Part shown: piece after piece, positions 61,925 to 64,000 of the stretch
Layout: every line of letters begins with the position of its first letter
How positions within the stretch are numbered: the stretch's first letter is position 1
Source of the DNA: Podarcis filfolensis
Taxonomy: Eukaryota
Assembly (NCBI GenBank): GCA_964270895.1
Contig: OZ185442.1
Strand: one strand, 5' to 3'
DNA length: 64,000 bases
Program-made: the position numbers and the translations under genes
The notes under the pieces: generated by a model
Told to the model about the DNA's origin: nothing
The model's input: the letters and a program-made list of their open reading frames with translations, nothing else
Database searches by the model: none

Positions 61925-62003
61925 CTTAGTGTTGCATTGTCCCCTTGACAAACTGTGTAATTGTCAGCTGGCTGGTTAAAATCAGCACCCCGAACCAGCA
62001 GTC
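61925..62003 (-). CDS. IGLON5: IGLON5 exon 2: (G)LLVRGADFNQPADNYTVCQGDNATL(S)
   Basis: tctttcactgtgcag| acceptor, AG|gtgagt donor, 79 nt, phases 1-2; PADNYTVC.GDNATL is IGLON5-typical. Exons 2-8 total 938 coding nt with 7 N-glycosylation sequons. Confidence 0.95.
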
Positions 62004-62900
62004 CTGCACAGTGAAAGACACAGAGAGAAGTTGCTGTTAGAGTGAGGCCGAGGGATTGCCATGCAGAGTGATCCAGGGATGGCAAAACAAGCAACACCTC
62101 TTTTAGAAGTGGAGCTTTTAAAGTTGTTATAAGGCCGAAACCTCTTGTCGATGTAGAAACAGGCAAGTTTTCTGAGCTTTCCCATTCTTATTATCATCCT
62201 GTAAGAATTCTGCCTGAAGAAGAGTTCTGTATAACCTAGAAATGACGCAGCCCTGCATCAACAGAGGATGATGTTCACAAAATGATTTATGATTAGATAT
62301 CACTCGGCTGTCAATATATTGAGATGCTCTGAACTAGGAACGGTTGACTGCATCAGTTTCCAATTCTCTCAGTTTCTTGTTTTTTTTCCCAAATCTTAAA
62401 TTTGGCTCTCCACATTTCCACATCAGTTTGTGATTTATTTATTTTTTAAGTTCCCATGAAAATTCACCAGCATTTTAGCACACATTTCTACTAATACACA
62501 CATTTTTGCAAAGTGATTTCCCACAAGAAAATGTGTTCTTGTATTTATTTTCACTGCACTAAACATACTTTACCCTAGTCCATGCATTTATGTACACACA
62601 GCTTGTCTGGGTAGCTGGTCTGCAAAATTCAGACTGCTGTGCAAATTTCGAAAGATGGCTTTGTTTCAGCTTCAGAAAGTGACAATTAGGCAAGTTCACC
62701 TTTAAATGCGAAAGCAATTGAATGTCTCCCCCATCCACCCTCTGAGCTAGCCACTCTATTTTGGGTTACAATAGTAGAAAGCAACACTGCAGCTTGTTTA
62801 CTTTCTAGGGTTATTCACATGGCAATCTCACAGTCTCACCCTGGACTGACAAGGAACAGAGCATGTAACCCTACTGATGCTCCCAAACCATTGCCTACAG

Positions 62901-63036
62901 CAGACATAGGCAAACTCCAGCCCTCCAGATGTTTGGGACTACAACTCCCATCATCCCTGACCACTTGTCCTGTTAGCTAGGGATGATGGGAATTGTAGTC
63001 CCAAACATCTGGAGGGCCGGAGTTTGCCTATGCCTG
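62901..63036. mobile_element. 136-bp palindromic hAT MITE with 8-bp TSD. Decayed relatives at ~8173-8310, 25487-25620, 25778-25905, 27050-27185, 30588-30712, 61520-61800
   Basis: TIR ca(g/a)gcataggcaaactcc.gccctccagatgtttgggactacaa.tcccatcatccct; gcctacag at 62893-62900 and 63037-63044. Confidence 0.88.
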
Positions 63037-64000
63037 GCCTACAGTTTAGCACCCACAGGCAGGTCAAGAGACCATTTTTAGTTAAAGGAACCTTTCTTGG
63101 CTCTCTCTTTTCCCCTTCAGCACTGCAATGGTTGTATTGCATGCATGCATGCACGCACACACGCACACACACACATCATGCAAGCCCCTCACCTGCAGTT
63201 TGAAGTGGCACAGGCTAGGAATAGCATTGCCACATGATCTGCTTTTTGTGTAAACTAACTGTAAATCTCCTTTCCCATTCATTTACATCTCCTTGGGGTA
63301 TTAATGACTCATTAGCATTGCTGTAGTTCTCTTTGAGGTATCATTGACTGAACAGCACTTAAGTGTGTTGAAGTGCACGGTGTGATTTCTTCTTTACCTG
63401 ACAGCAGATGCAAGCATTGCATCGCTTATCCACACTGTCAATGACGCTTCTGCTTAAAGCGACAACAACCTTGACGATGCCTTCCCCTGCTCCGGCCCCA
63501 AACACACAAATATGAAGACAAGTGTCAGAAGAAGAAGTCCATTTGGCCCTGACTCATAAGATCCCCTTTCTCCAAACATTGTGCTTCTCTAAGACAAAAG
63601 GAACAGAGGCAGAAAACAGAGCGCAACAGCTCTCTGCCCACCTTCAATTCCCAGCAACTTGTCTTTGAATGCACACTCTGCCTCTGAACATTGAGGTTCC
63701 ATTTAGACAGAGTGACTGCTGGATTTCCTAGCCACCTTCACCTGGATCTGACTTGTGAGATTCCACCTGTGCAAGGCAACCACTGACTGAGTATATGGCA
63801 ACCACCAAGGACATTGGAGTGCCAGCTCCTATCAGAGCTGTTAAGAGAACATTTGTGAAATGATCTGACTCACGGTACAAGCCTCTCTTCCCTTCTGAAT
63901 TGGGGTAGAAGGTGCATGTGCATACATAGCCTAGATTGCCCGAGGGGTCATCAACAGGAATGCCTCATCAAATGTGCCTCAGTTTTCTATCCCTGTCAAA

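Noticed and set aside
61982-61998. RE1 half-site (TCAGCACC) in IGLON5 exon 2
   Set aside because: The right half does not match at canonical spacing.
62004-64000. IGLON5 exon 1 (signal peptide)
   Set aside because: The only good donor (CAG|gtgagg near 63190) gives MLFLACATSNC in phase 2, but phase 1 is needed. The phase-1 frame has an in-frame TAG. Exon 1 is probably beyond the window.

Overview
Vertebrate genomic DNA. The SINE/LINE content (Sauria SINE of the lacertid type, L2, CR1) points to a squamate, most likely a lacertid lizard; this is inferred from repeat families only. The window has four N-gaps. The main gene is IGLON5 on the minus strand. Seven coding exons (orthologous exons 2-8, 34465-62003) splice with GT-AG sites and consistent phases into three Ig domains plus a GPI signal; the signal-peptide exon 1 lies beyond the window end. 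Two plus-strand exons (278-409, 2949-3032) encode a cytoplasmic tail ending ...RSATQV*, probably VSIG10L, tail-to-tail with IGLON5. I found no convincing protein gene in the ~29 kb between them. Almost all ORFs in the supplied track are spurious or repeat-derived. I saw no clearly new gene system. The best second-look items are: (1) a consensus REST/RE1 silencer inside the last coding exon of the VSIG10L-like gene; (2) a small dispersed repeat carrying a strong CTCF motif in three co-oriented copies; (3) a 1.24-kb Tigger-like element filled with nested CpG-rich palindromes; (4) a ~100-bp near-perfect hairpin with TTA flanks; (5) a 1.5-kb degenerate ~11-bp array. Repeat boundaries are approximate, read by eye.
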